NCBI GenBank assembly: GCA_950097015.1
Contig: CATNEN010000001.1
Coordinates: 10,478,001-10,542,000, forward strand
DNA from: Macrostomum hystrix
Lineage: Eukaryota; Animalia; Platyhelminthes
Length of the DNA stretch: 64,000 nt
Direction: 5' to 3'
The notes beneath the pieces are model-generated. The model had not been told where the DNA came from. It did no database searches and saw only the letters and a program-made list of their open reading frames with translations. Made by a program: the position numbers and the translations under genes. Below are positions 26,516-37,321 of the stretch, piece after piece; position 1 is the first letter of the stretch, and each line of letters opens with the position of its first letter.

Positions 26516-26658
26516 CCAGCTCTGAGCCGAGAGACCTCTCGACTGCAAAGAGAAATCTCAAAACAGGCGTAGAAGAACTCGATAACTCGAGTCGCTTGAG
26601 TCAAATTTCTATTCGCGAAGTCAAGTTATTCAGAATCGATCGACGACTAGAGAAGAAG

Positions 26659-27939
26659 ATGGACGACGCCGTAGGAATGCTTCGCGGCTACGTCATGCCT
26701 GGAGTGGTGCTGTTGGGCCTGCTTGGAAACCTCACCACAATGACCATCTTTCTGCTCGAAAATGCGGGCAGCAAACGGTGGACCAGATTCGCCGTGTACG
26801 GCATCGCGATCGCTGTGTCGGACACCTTCGCGTTGGTGTTCAACACATTTCTAGACGACTTCCTGGGCCGAGGACTTTGGTACGCAACCGGAGGTGCAGT
26901 CCTCATCAAGATTGACACAATATCCAGCATCACCTGCAAGCTGATGGAGTACATTCCCAGTGTAGCATATTTCACCTCGTCCTACCTGCTAATTATATTC
27001 AGTTTGGATCGCACTTTAACCATTTTTCGACCATTACAATTTATGTCGCATTTTCACGTGAAAGCCACACTGCTAATTGTGGGCGTCACTTACCTGTGCG
27101 GCCTGACTTTGATGCTGCCCATGGCTCTGATTCACGACGTCCAGCTGCAGAACACCAGCCGCGTTGGTCATCAGCTGGAGCGCAAGTGCGAACTGCAGGC
27201 GCACAACGGCGTGAATCTCGGGTTATCTCGCGTTATGCTCTACTTCATGACATTTGGCTCGTTCGTTCTGCCATCGGTAATCGTGTGCATGCTTGGCGTT
27301 GTCATCGTAGTCAAGCTGACTATTATTCGACGCAATCGGGCCAGCATCCTGCCGACCGCGGCCGACAACCAGATGGAGATGAGCCGCTTCTACGCGCACC
27401 TCACCCTGGCCATCGCGTACTGCATCCTGGTGCTGCCTCTCGCTGTCAGCATCTGCGTGCGCCAGGTCTTTGAAAGCCAGCCAGAGGCCTACCAGAGGCA
27501 GCACGCCGAGTACGCAGCCTTCTTGTCGCACAATTCTAGGTTCACGTCGTCTGTGAAGGATTTCAATTACGCGCTCAATTTCTGGGTCTATTTGGTGTTT
27601 GTGCGCTCATTCAGACGGCGCTGCCTGCTCGTTTTGTCGCAGCTGCTGGTGGCAATGCGCTGCCATCGACTCTGCCGTGGCTGCGGCTGCTGTCAGGAAG
27701 CCGAAGAAAGAGTTCGACGGCTGCGTGAGGCCAAGGGCAAGTCGATTAAGTCGGCACTGTACCGGCATCGCAGCCAGCAGCAGACGGCGGTGGCTCTGGC
27801 AAGTGGCACTAGAAATAACAACCGGGAGAGGCAGCAGAACGTAAGAGAAATCGAGCGGGAGCAGGTGCGACAGCAGCTAATTAAGAGGGAGTACCTCGAT
27901 AAGCCTTCACACACGGAGTACACAGTGACTACGGTCTGA
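26659..27939 (+). CDS. Rhodopsin-family (class A) orphan GPCR, flatworm PROF-like type, intronless CDS, 426 aa; paralog of 14347-15682
   Basis: 7TM profile with GLLGN, IAVSD, FLDDFLGRGL, CKLMEY...IFSLDR, MEMSRFYA and ALNFWVYLVFVRSFR, all shared with the first GPCR. First in-frame ATG at 26659 (the track start at 26596 is a TTG). Confidence 0.92.
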   Translation: MDDAVGMLRGYVMPGVVLLGLLGNLTTMTIFLLENAGSKRWTRFAVYGIAIAVSDTFALVFNTFLDDFLGRGLWYATGGAVLIKIDTISSITCKLMEYIPSVAYFTSSYLLIIFSLDRTLTIFRPLQFMSHFHVKATLLIVGVTYLCGLTLMLPMALIHDVQLQNTSRVGHQLERKCELQAHNGVNLGLSRVMLYFMTFGSFVLPSVIVCMLGVVIVVKLTIIRRNRASILPTAADNQMEMSRFYAHLTLAIAYCILVLPLAVSICVRQVFESQPEAYQRQHAEYAAFLSHNSRFTSSVKDFNYALNFWVYLVFVRSFRRRCLLVLSQLLVAMRCHRLCRGCGCCQEAEERVRRLREAKGKSIKSALYRHRSQQQTAVALASGTRNNNRERQQNVREIEREQVRQQLIKREYLDKPSHTEYTVTTV

Positions 27940-28097
27940 ACCTGTTTGTTAGTGTGATGTTTGCACTTGAAAAATTCTCTATGCAAAACAAGGTGAAGCT
28001 CTGACGTCATGACTATACAGCTGATGCCAACCTGGGTTGCTTTTGAGTAGATCAATTATCTACTGCGAGATGAACCTGCCCTGGTACGGATCCACTA

Positions 28098-28377
28098 GCT
28101 GATGTCCCTGTCTAAATACCAATCTAACTGGTGATGTCCCTGTCTAAATAGCAATCGACCAGGTGATGTCCCTGTCTAAATACCAATCTACCAGGTGATG
28201 TCCCTGTCTAATTACCATTCTACCGGGTGATGTCCCTGTCTAAATACCAATCTACCAGGTGATGTCCCTGTCTAAATACCAATCTACCAGGTGATGTCCC
28301 TGTCTAATTACCATTCTACCGGGTGATGTCCCTGTCTAAATAGCAATCTACCAGGTGATGTCCCTGTCTAAATACCA
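28098..28377. repeat. 32-bp minisatellite (GATGTCCCTGTCTAAATACCAATCTACCAGGT), ~9 copies
   Basis: Seen directly. Confidence 0.9.
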
Positions 28378-28888
28378 GTGTATTATGCGACTTACAAGTC
28401 TTGAGATAATGTAAAGCTACATGTATATCATGAACAGCAAATAAGCTTATTTTTTGTTTGTTTTGAGAGTGTATTTATGTTTGTTTGCTTTCAGTTGTGT
28501 AGCAAAATTCCGAAATGAATAAAAAACGTGTTTGACTTGTTGTTGCGTTTTGTATCAAGTTTCTGTACCACACCTCCTTTTTCTATCCTTGCTTTTATCC
28601 ACACGCGAGATGAAATTATAAGTACTAATAAATCATGACAAATCATAACAAAATATCTTTTTACACTTAGCAATAATGCTTGCTATTTAGTTCAACCGAA
28701 CTTTACTTCTCAATGGCTGGTGTATTTATTAACAGGTTAAACGTGTGCATCACACGCTAGCAGTGTCAAATTGAACAAACGAATATTATTCTACGTCGTC
28801 TTACACATTAACAGCCTATGTTAGGACATGTAAAACTTATTGACACGCAAATTACACATTTAAGACAAGTTTTATTGATTTTTGAATG

Positions 28889-29173
28889 TTACGATCGCTC
28901 AAATTCCTTCATCGCCTGACGCCTCTTTTGATGATGCTTCTGCCTGCCCATCAGCTTCATGAAGATCTGCATGAACACCCACAGGCAGCACAGGAAGCCG
29001 TACAGCATGCCTAGGGCAATGACGCAATGGTACCAGACCCGCCACTCAGTCTGGTCGTAGCGAATGTACAACCTCGGGTTGGTACTAGCCTCGTCCATTG
29101 TGATGGCGCTGATGCACTGATAGAAACTGCTGATTAGAAACAGCAGCGTTAGGAGCAGTTGAAGAAAGTGCAT
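28889..29173 (-). CDS. Small (94 aa) predicted type I single-pass membrane protein of unknown family
   Basis: AAAAATG start context, signal peptide (MHFLQLLLTLLFLISSFYQCISA), ~23-aa ectodomain, TM helix VWYHCVIALGMLYGFLCCLWVFMQIFM, basic cytoplasmic tail. AATAAA lies ~13 nt after the stop. Confidence 0.7.
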   Translation of the reverse strand: MHFLQLLLTLLFLISSFYQCISAITMDEASTNPRLYIRYDQTEWRVWYHCVIALGMLYGFLCCLWVFMQIFMKLMGRQKHHQKRRQAMKEFERS

Positions 29174-30099
29174 TTTTAGTTGCTTTTATGCAACGGTTGC
29201 TTGTCGATTTGGATTTATAACGCAAATAAACAATAGAATGGCACGATGCAGTCAGTGTAGCATGATTATATAGTCTTGGGGTATGGGCCTGAGCAGGGTA
29301 CACGCAATGAGTAAGAAAGGGTCAAGAAATAGATGGACGCACGGTGAGACACAATTAATTGTGAGAAGCTTCTCATTTTGTGCACCTGCTTACAAGGGGC
29401 CCGCAAGGTAGGGAGAGACAGAAGGTAAGAGCTGGATGGCAAACCTATTCAACATGACTTATTTGACAATGTCTCGCCACAGTATATTTTGCTCTGTCTT
29501 GAAGCAAGCTCATCACCAAACCCCTGAATTGCTGTCGCCTAAATGACTACAGACGGGGTTTAAAGTTTTAAACTAGCCACTTTGAAAATTCGATGTGTTT
29601 TTACTCAGATAGCAAGCTAAGCATTACTAAGGCCTCCTTAACCTTCTGTATGCATTCAATGCATACATCAATGCGTGCTATAATATGCGTCACTGGAAAA
29701 ACTCACAACACACACACATGTGACTTTAGTCTTTCAAACTAGTTTGCAATGTAGACATCTCACTGTCTTTCTCTCTGCTTCTTATTCTCTCACCTACAGC
29801 TACTTTGTCTTAGCTTATTGTTGATAATGAAAAAATGAGTAGCCATTCAAAGCTCGCGTGAGTCTGTACTCAAATGCATACTCAAATGCATCATTGCAAC
29901 AACAGCCTCAAAACTGATGCTACTCTACTCTACTCTGTACAAGTAGAAGTTGTGCACACCTAGTGCCTCTGCTATGCTCACATTTGTGCTAAAAAAACAG
30001 ACAAAAAATTACATATTCAGTTCTTATTTCCTGATTATGCTTTACATTAAATGTTTTTCGGTAGACTAAAATACACCCATTTCAATATAACTTACTAGA

Positions 30100-31560
30100 T
30101 AGGGCTCGAATATTACATTGGGGCTACGGTTCTAGATTAGAGCTACGATTCTAGATTAGGGCTACGATTTTAGATTAGGGCTACGATTTTAGATTAGGGC
30201 TACGATTCTAGATTAGGGCTACGATTCTAGATTAGGGCTACGATTCTAGATTAGGGCTACGATTCTAGATAAGGGCTACGATTCTAGATTAGGGCTACGA
30301 TTATAGATTAGGGCTACGATTCTAGATTAGGGCTACGATTCTAGATAAGGGCTACGATTTTAGATTAGGGCTACGATTTTAGATTAGGGCTACGATTTTA
30401 GATTAGGGCTACGATTTTAGATAAGGGCTACGATTCTAGATAAGGGCTACGATTCTAGATTAGGGCTACGATTCTAGATAAGGGCTACGATTCTAGATTA
30501 GGGCTACGATTCTAGATTAGGGCTACGATTCTAGATTAGGGCTACGATTCTAGATAAGGGCTACGATTCTAGATTAGGGCTACGATTATAGATTAGGGCT
30601 ACGATTCTAGATTAGGGCTACGATTCTAGATAAGGGCTACGATTTTAGATTAGGGCTACGATTTTAGATTAGGGCTACGATTCTAGATTAGGGCTACGAT
30701 TTTAGATAAGGGCTACGATTCTAGATTAGGGCTACGATTCTAGATAAGGGCTACGATTCTAGATTAGGGCTACGATTCTAGATTAGGGCTACGATTCTAG
30801 ATTAGGGCTACGATTCTAGATAAGGGCTACGATTCTAGATTAGGGCTACGATTCTAGATAAGGGCTACGATTCTAGATTAGGGCTACGATTTTAGATTAG
30901 GGCTACGATTTTAGATTAGGGCTACGATTCTAGATAAGGGCTACGATTTTAGATTAGGGCTACGATTCTAGATTAGGGCTACGATTCTAGATAAGGGCTA
31001 CGATTCTAGATAAGGGCTACGATTCTAGATTAGGGCTACGATTCTAGATAAGGGCTACGATTCTAGATTAGGGCTACGATTATAGATTAGGGCTACGGTC
31101 CTAGATTAGGGCTACGGTCTTAGATTAGGGCTACGATTCTAGATTAGGGCTACGGTCCTAGATTAGGGCTACGATTCTAGATAAGGGCTACAATTCTAGA
31201 CTAGGGCTACGATTCTAGATAAGGGCTACGATTCTAGATAAGGGCTACGATTCTAGATAAGGGCTACGATTCTAGATAAGGGCTACGATTCTAGATAAGG
31301 GCTACGATTCTAGATTAGGGCTACGATTCTAGATTAGGGCTACGATTCTAGATTAGGGCTACGATTCTAGATTAGGGCTACGATTCTAGATTAGGGCTAC
31401 GATTCTAGATTAGGGCTACGATTCTAGATTAGGGCTACGGTCCTAGATTAGGGCTACGATTCTAGATAAGGGCTACGATTCTAGATTAGGGCTACGATTC
31501 TAGATTAGGGCTACGATTCTAGATAAGGGCTACGATTCTAGATTAGGGCTACGATTATAG
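30100..31560. repeat. 19-bp minisatellite (TTAGGGCTACGATTCTAGA), ~75 copies, containing the TTAGGG hexamer
   Basis: Seen directly. Confidence 0.95.
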
Positions 31561-32450
31561 ATATGACTACGGTTATAGACACTAAATTGGCAAGTCACTT
31601 TGAAGCCAGGGGACTTTCAGGATAAAACACTGTTAATCACTCGAGTCAGACTTTTCGTGTCGCTATACGATAGGTATCTAATCCTAAAGCCTAGCTACAA
31701 ATTCTTGCCCAAGTATTTAGGGTTGGAAACAGAGCATCAATTAAGCCTGTCCCACATCGCGAGTTTTAGATACATCGGCTCGATAAGCAATCAGATGCCT
31801 TGCACTCATCGCAAAGTAAAGTAGTGATAGCCTAAGGATTAGCCACACCGAGTTTCTTAGCTATTAGTCTGGGATTATTAGCACAACACCTTTGCTGTAC
31901 TATCTCCTTCTCACTCTGTATGTATTACAAAACCAAGCATAAAATTCGGTGGTCCTTAAAAGGGCCGTTTTAAGTATATTATCGTCGCTTTACTAGCCAT
32001 TGGAAACTACACGAAAGCAGCTGGTAATTTAATCATTAGTGGGAGAATTCTATGGAAATACCTGGATAATTAAAGCAACTCAGGACACTAAACCCCACAG
32101 ATTCTATATTACAGATTCTATATAGGTAATATAGAATCTGTGCTAAACCCTATCGTTATTTACATGTCGAGATTGTGACGTTCTGAGTTGTTTAGAAGTT
32201 CTCTTTCGTAGTCTATGGCCCGAAGAAGGTCCAGTTTGTTTTGACAGACTTCATAAAAAAAGCTATTTTTGGTCGTGGAAAAGGAGCTCTTTTATGATAA
32301 GTACAATACCGAGAAATAGATTTTCGATACTTTTTACCATAGGCAGTTTTTGACTAGCCAGTATTTTTGTATACAAAAATCTCTATATAATTTTATATTA
32401 ATCTGTCCGTAATTAGCAGAATTTCGACACCGGCTTCACCATTAGAGGTC

Positions 32451-32753
32451 ATGATGATTCGTTTGAGAATCCTTCACGGAGGTCGAGCTGTACTTGTCGA
32501 CTGCCCACCCTGGTTCACAGTGCAACAATTGAAGCATCGAATCCAGACTTTGCACCTGTTTCAGGAGAGCTTATATGAATTGGAGATGAAGCTTATTTAC
32601 AAGGCTGAAGTCCTGCAGGACACCAGCTCACTATACGCGTGCGGTGTCACCGACAATGACGTCATAGTGCTCATCAACGTCAAGGAGGAAGAGCGGCTGC
32701 GAAAGATTATCCAGGATCGAGTGAGGACATTGAGAATTCGGCCTGACAAGTGA
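32451..32753 (+). CDS. Ubiquitin-like domain protein (100 aa, single exon, no C-terminal di-Gly)
   Basis: Beta-grasp pattern TVQQLKHRI...KLIYKAEVLQDTSSLYACGVTDNDVIVL, followed by a short charged helix. AATAAA at ~32863. Confidence 0.75.
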   Translation: MMIRLRILHGGRAVLVDCPPWFTVQQLKHRIQTLHLFQESLYELEMKLIYKAEVLQDTSSLYACGVTDNDVIVLINVKEEERLRKIIQDRVRTLRIRPDK

Positions 32754-32929
32754 TTTGAACTGATTAACTTGGCCCTAACAATGTCTTCAATTGAGGTGTG
32801 ATTGTTGCTAACTTAAAGTCTTCACTTTTCAGTAAGACTTTCAGTAAGTCTTACAATTTCGTAATAAATTTTATAGAAACTAAGCTTTAAATAAACAAAA
32901 CGATCTCCATTATCAACCATCCATAGGTA

Positions 32930-33565
32930 TACTTATCCATTACTCAGTCTACTTTTCCATACACCAATGTACTTTTCCATAACCCAGTCTACTTTTCCAT
33001 ACACCAATGTACTTTTCCATAAACCAATGTACTTTTCCATAAGCCAGTCTACATTTCCATAACCCAGTCTACTTTTCCATAACCCAGTCTACTTTTCAAT
33101 AACCCAGTTTACTTTTCAATAACTCAGTCTACTTTTCAATAACTCAGTCTACTTTTCAATAACCCAGTCTAATTTTACATAACCCAGTCTAATTTTACAT
33201 AACCCAGTCTAATTTTCCATAACCCAGTCTACTTTTCCATAACCCAGTCTACTTTTCCATAACGCAGTCTACTTTTCCATAACCCAGTCTAATTTTACAT
33301 AACCCAGTCTACTTTTCCATAACCCAGTCTACTTTTCGATAACGCAGTCTAATTTTACATAACCCAGTCTACTTTTCCATAACCCAGTCTACTTTTCCAT
33401 AACCCAGTCTACTTTTCCATAACCCAGTCTACTTTTACATAACCCAGTCTACTTTTCCATACCCCAGTCTACTTTTCGATTACGCAGTCTACTTTTCGAT
33501 AACGCAGTCTACTTTTCCATAACCCAGTCTACTTTTACATAACCCAATGTACTTTTCCATAACCA
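32930..33565. repeat. 20-bp minisatellite (AACCCAGTCTACTTTTCCAT), ~31 copies
   Basis: Seen directly. Confidence 0.95.
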
Positions 33566-34036
33566 TTGTCTTGTTCAATGTAAATTGCTACACATTCAAC
33601 TAATCTGACACATTAAATTGTTTTTTAAATTAGTTGCAATTTTCTGCTCCAACGGTCTCTCTAGCATTTTAATTTTTCTTAAAACTCCACCATGCTAGCA
33701 AAACCAACCACTAATTGTCCCGCGTGATAGTATTCAACCTAGCAGATCAGGTTGAATTAACAAAAATCAAATAGTATAGTGACAGGATAGTCAAATATAA
33801 TTTTGGTTTTAGATACACTTTAACTTTACGTGTTTAAAAGCAATTGCTTTAGCTCGGAAGAAAAACTATATTTTTAACAAGTGCAACAAAATACACTTTG
33901 TTATGCTCGCAATTTGTCCTCGGATAGAAATATGATCAGACAGTTTGGTCACAGGCGCAGCAGACAGCACAGCTTGGATAATACCTTAGGCGGTCGATAA
34001 AACAAAATTGCACAGTATAAAAAAATTCGAGTAAAT

Positions 34037-35029
34037 TCAAAGAAAACAACAGCCAGATAAGAATGGATGATCTTTTGATTGTTCTTCCTTGTACTTTTTA
34101 GCAATTCGAGTGGCCAGCAACTGATGCTGTCCGGTGTTGTGCACTAGATTTAGTGACGCTTGATTGACCTCATCCAAGTTTACATTCCGCTGGTGAAGCA
34201 GCTGAAAAATGTTTTTGTTTTGTAAAAAAACAATTAATAACCTTAACCAGTAAACTGAATCACACCTGAGTGACTGAATCACAGCTGATAGAGTGACTGA
34301 ATCACACCTGATAGAGTGACTGAATCACAGCTGATAGAGTGACTGAATCACAGCTGATAGAGGGATTGAATCACAGCTGATAGAGTAACTGGATTTCAAA
34401 TGAGAGTGACTGAATTTCAACTGAGAGTGACTGAATTTCAACTGAGAGTGACTGAATTTCAACTGAGAGTGACTGAATTTCAACTGAGAGTGACTGAATT
34501 TCAGCTGAGAGTGACTGAATTTCAGCTGAGAGTGACTGACTTTCAACTGAGAGTGACTGAATTTCAACTGAGAGTGACTGAATTTCAACTGAGAGTGACT
34601 GAATTTCAGCTGAGAGTGACTGAATTTCAACTGAGAGTGACTGAATTTCAACTGAGAGTGACTGAATTTCAACTGAGAGTGACTGACTTTCAACTGAGAG
34701 TGACTGAATTTCAACTGAGAGTGACTGAATTTCAACTGAGAGTGACTGAATTTCAACTGAGAGTGACTGAATTTCAACTGAGAGTGACTGAATCACAGTA
34801 TACTTGTCAAAGGAATGGCTAGTTGGCTCGAAGGAGAAATCTGTGTACTCACCTTGATATTCACTGACGAAGCGTCTCGGAAAGCGTACGAAAATAAGGT
34901 CCTGTTTGGTGTGCGCCTATCAGGCATAATCACTGGGCCAGTTCTTGGCAGAACAGGTGTGTCAGGTGTTCGAGGTGTGTCACCAGGAGAAGGTTTCTTA
35001 TTGAATGATGACTGCTGACTGCTAGACAT
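34037..35029 (-). CDS. 113-aa tomosyn-like R-SNARE-only protein with a C-terminal CCFL CaaX motif (exons 35029-34853 and 34201-34037)
   Basis: Donor AAG|gtgagt and acceptor ttttcag|CTG join in phase 0. Product ...SVNIK-LLHQRNVNLDEVNQASLNLVHNTGQHQLLATRIAKKYKEEQSKDHPFLSGCCFL aligns without gaps to the neighbouring tomosyn SNARE exon. Confidence 0.7.
34253..34798. repeat. 21/23-bp minisatellite (GAGTGACTGAATTTCAACTGA) filling most of the mini-SNARE gene intron
   Basis: Seen directly. Confidence 0.93.
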
Positions 35030-35496
35030 TCTGACGTTGTTTGATAACTTTCGGTAGCAATTTCATCTCTTGCATCTCAATAAAATCAATCTAATTGCTT
35101 TTATACACGTTTTTACTTTCCTAATCACGTTGAAAAAGTAACTGACGTTGCAGGCAAATTTTTAAGTTTAGAATTTTGTCGTCACATCTGAACATTTGCG
35201 CATGCGTTAATAAGTCAGTTGAAACAAATGATCGTTTCAGATTAAAATATTCATGTGATGCAGACTGTGCATGTCAGAAATTTACAGAGAGCTAAAAATA
35301 GAAGTAAATGAAAAATTTCAGGCGAAATTGACATCTGCACTTTATCGCTTGACCAGGGCGTGCTGGAAAAACCAACAGAACCTGGAACAAAATCTGATAA
35401 CTCACATCAGCTGTTAATAATAAATCTGATGCTTCATAAACCGTCACTTCTAAATTAAAATTTGTAGGAAGGTAGCCTGACACAATCAACTAAATG

Positions 35497-35635
35497 TCGT
35501 TTAAGAGCTGGACTCACGGCTAGAAGGTCAGTGGTTCGAGTCGCGACTGGAACAATTTGTGTCCCGTAGCAAGACAATTAATTCTGCATTGATTCAGTTC
35601 ACCAAGCTGTTCACCCAGCTCGTAAATCGGTGTCG
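35497..35635 (+). mobile_element. Truncated SINE copy (head plus CORE-like part) of the 25-kb family
   Basis: GGACTCACGGCTAGAAGGTCAGTGGTTCGAGTC...TAGCAAGACAATTAATTCTGCATTGATTCAGTTCACC matches 25105-25215. Confidence 0.75.
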
Positions 35636-36465
35636 TCACCCGGTTATTATTACTCGTATTATTATATATTATTAATTAATTAATTGAACTCAATTGAGGA
35701 TCAAAGTTTCCTATTTTCTTAGCAACACAACATGTGCTAAAAAACTGGGAATTTATTATTTTTGTTGAAGTTTTATTTTTTTAAACTTCATTTATAAGAG
35801 CGAAGAAAAAAAGAAAAAAGTTCAATGAGTTAAACAAAATATAGCCTTTTGTTAATATTCGAATGTTTAGGCGCGTATTTGAAAACATGTAGCAACACTG
35901 CCATTAAAACACATAGATACCCGTGCATGCTCAAATGGATAGCTATTATAACAAAAATTATGCCATTGAGTGTGTGGAATGAGAATACAAATTACCAAAA
36001 AACACTAAAAATACATTAAAAAGTCTAAGTTTTAACATAAATAATAAAATATAAACACAAATTGTAATGTTTCAGACTATCTATCACAACAGATTAACAA
36101 AAATATTAGCACGATCTATGCTATAATTATTGGTTGGTGCAATCGGAAAATGTACTGAAAATGACTCATTGAATTAATGGATTGTTTTCGCGATTACCAT
36201 TAAATAAATAAGGAAATAAAATGGTTTATTTTTTCCTACGTCAATGACCACGAGTTAGTTTCTCACTAACTATTTGCGTCAATTAACAGATCAATTTTAT
36301 CGTCTTTAGTTTCTAATATAAAATACTCCGAAACATTTAAATAAATAAAACTAAATAACCAAAAAAACCGATTATATGATAGATTAGTTAGATCAGTTTT
36401 TACTAAGCTAACCCATTTTTGGCATGAAACTAAAACAATGAATTAGCAAGTGTTCCAGAATCGAT

Positions 36466-36530
36466 TATCCAATAGGAATCGAATCCCTGACCTTCAAGTC
36501 GGTAGTACGACTCTTTGGCAACTAGGCAAA
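36466..36530 (-). mobile_element. tRNA-like SINE head remnant
   Basis: Minus strand reads TTGCCTAGTTG...GACTTGAAGGTCAGGGATTCGATTCC, like the SINE heads at 3.9 and 25.1 kb. Confidence 0.55.
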
Positions 36531-37321
36531 AACCCCTTAGTCAACGAATTTAACATTGAAGCCTGAGAAACTCACTGATTTAAGACGTAGAGGAAAAATC
36601 TATAACCAACCAATGGAAAGACCAACGGTGCGTCGTCGGCTATCGAATTGTGAATAAAAACAGTCCATGAAAAAACATCAGTAACTTTTGTTTAAACGGA
36701 AAATAAATGTTTCCTAGAAATATCATTAACGACCGATATTTGGAGGAGTGCATTCGAGTACTCAAATAGCTAAATATCTCTCTAGAATAGGAATATAAAC
36801 TCACACATTAATTCAATATGAGTGGACAATGGACAGACAAAACATCGCTAAAATATTGCATTGAAGGTTGACTGCAGAACACACCAATCTGAATGAGAGT
36901 TTGCTAAAAAGACAGTGGCTAAAAAAATTTAACAGGAGATAAAATTTCCAACGAAGTTTGATTTATGTTTACAACACAACGCTATTATCTAATTCACTGT
37001 GGATTGCAGTAGGTTATAATGATTTTCTAATCTAATTCAATCGAACGGTAATGTTTGTGAGTTAAATTCTTTGTTTTTTTGATTGATTCAAACACAAAAA
37101 ATATTGTTTCGTAGACTATTCACAACAAAATCACAACAAAATCTGTTTAAGCAATAAAGCAATATCAATAACAATATATGTGCTAAAATAGACATCGCTA
37201 GCAAAATTAACAAGATTTTTGTCAATCGAAAATTTAATTTGTTGCGTCACTAATTGCGGCAAGTAAACAGCTATCACTTCCGTTCAGACGTTTATATAAA
37301 CAAGCGACCAGTTGAAAATGA

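Noticed and set aside
34862-34897. CTGACGA...CGAAA hammerhead-like spacing on the + strand
   Set aside because: No convincing stems I/II/III or cleavage triplet; the region is explained as minus-strand coding exon.
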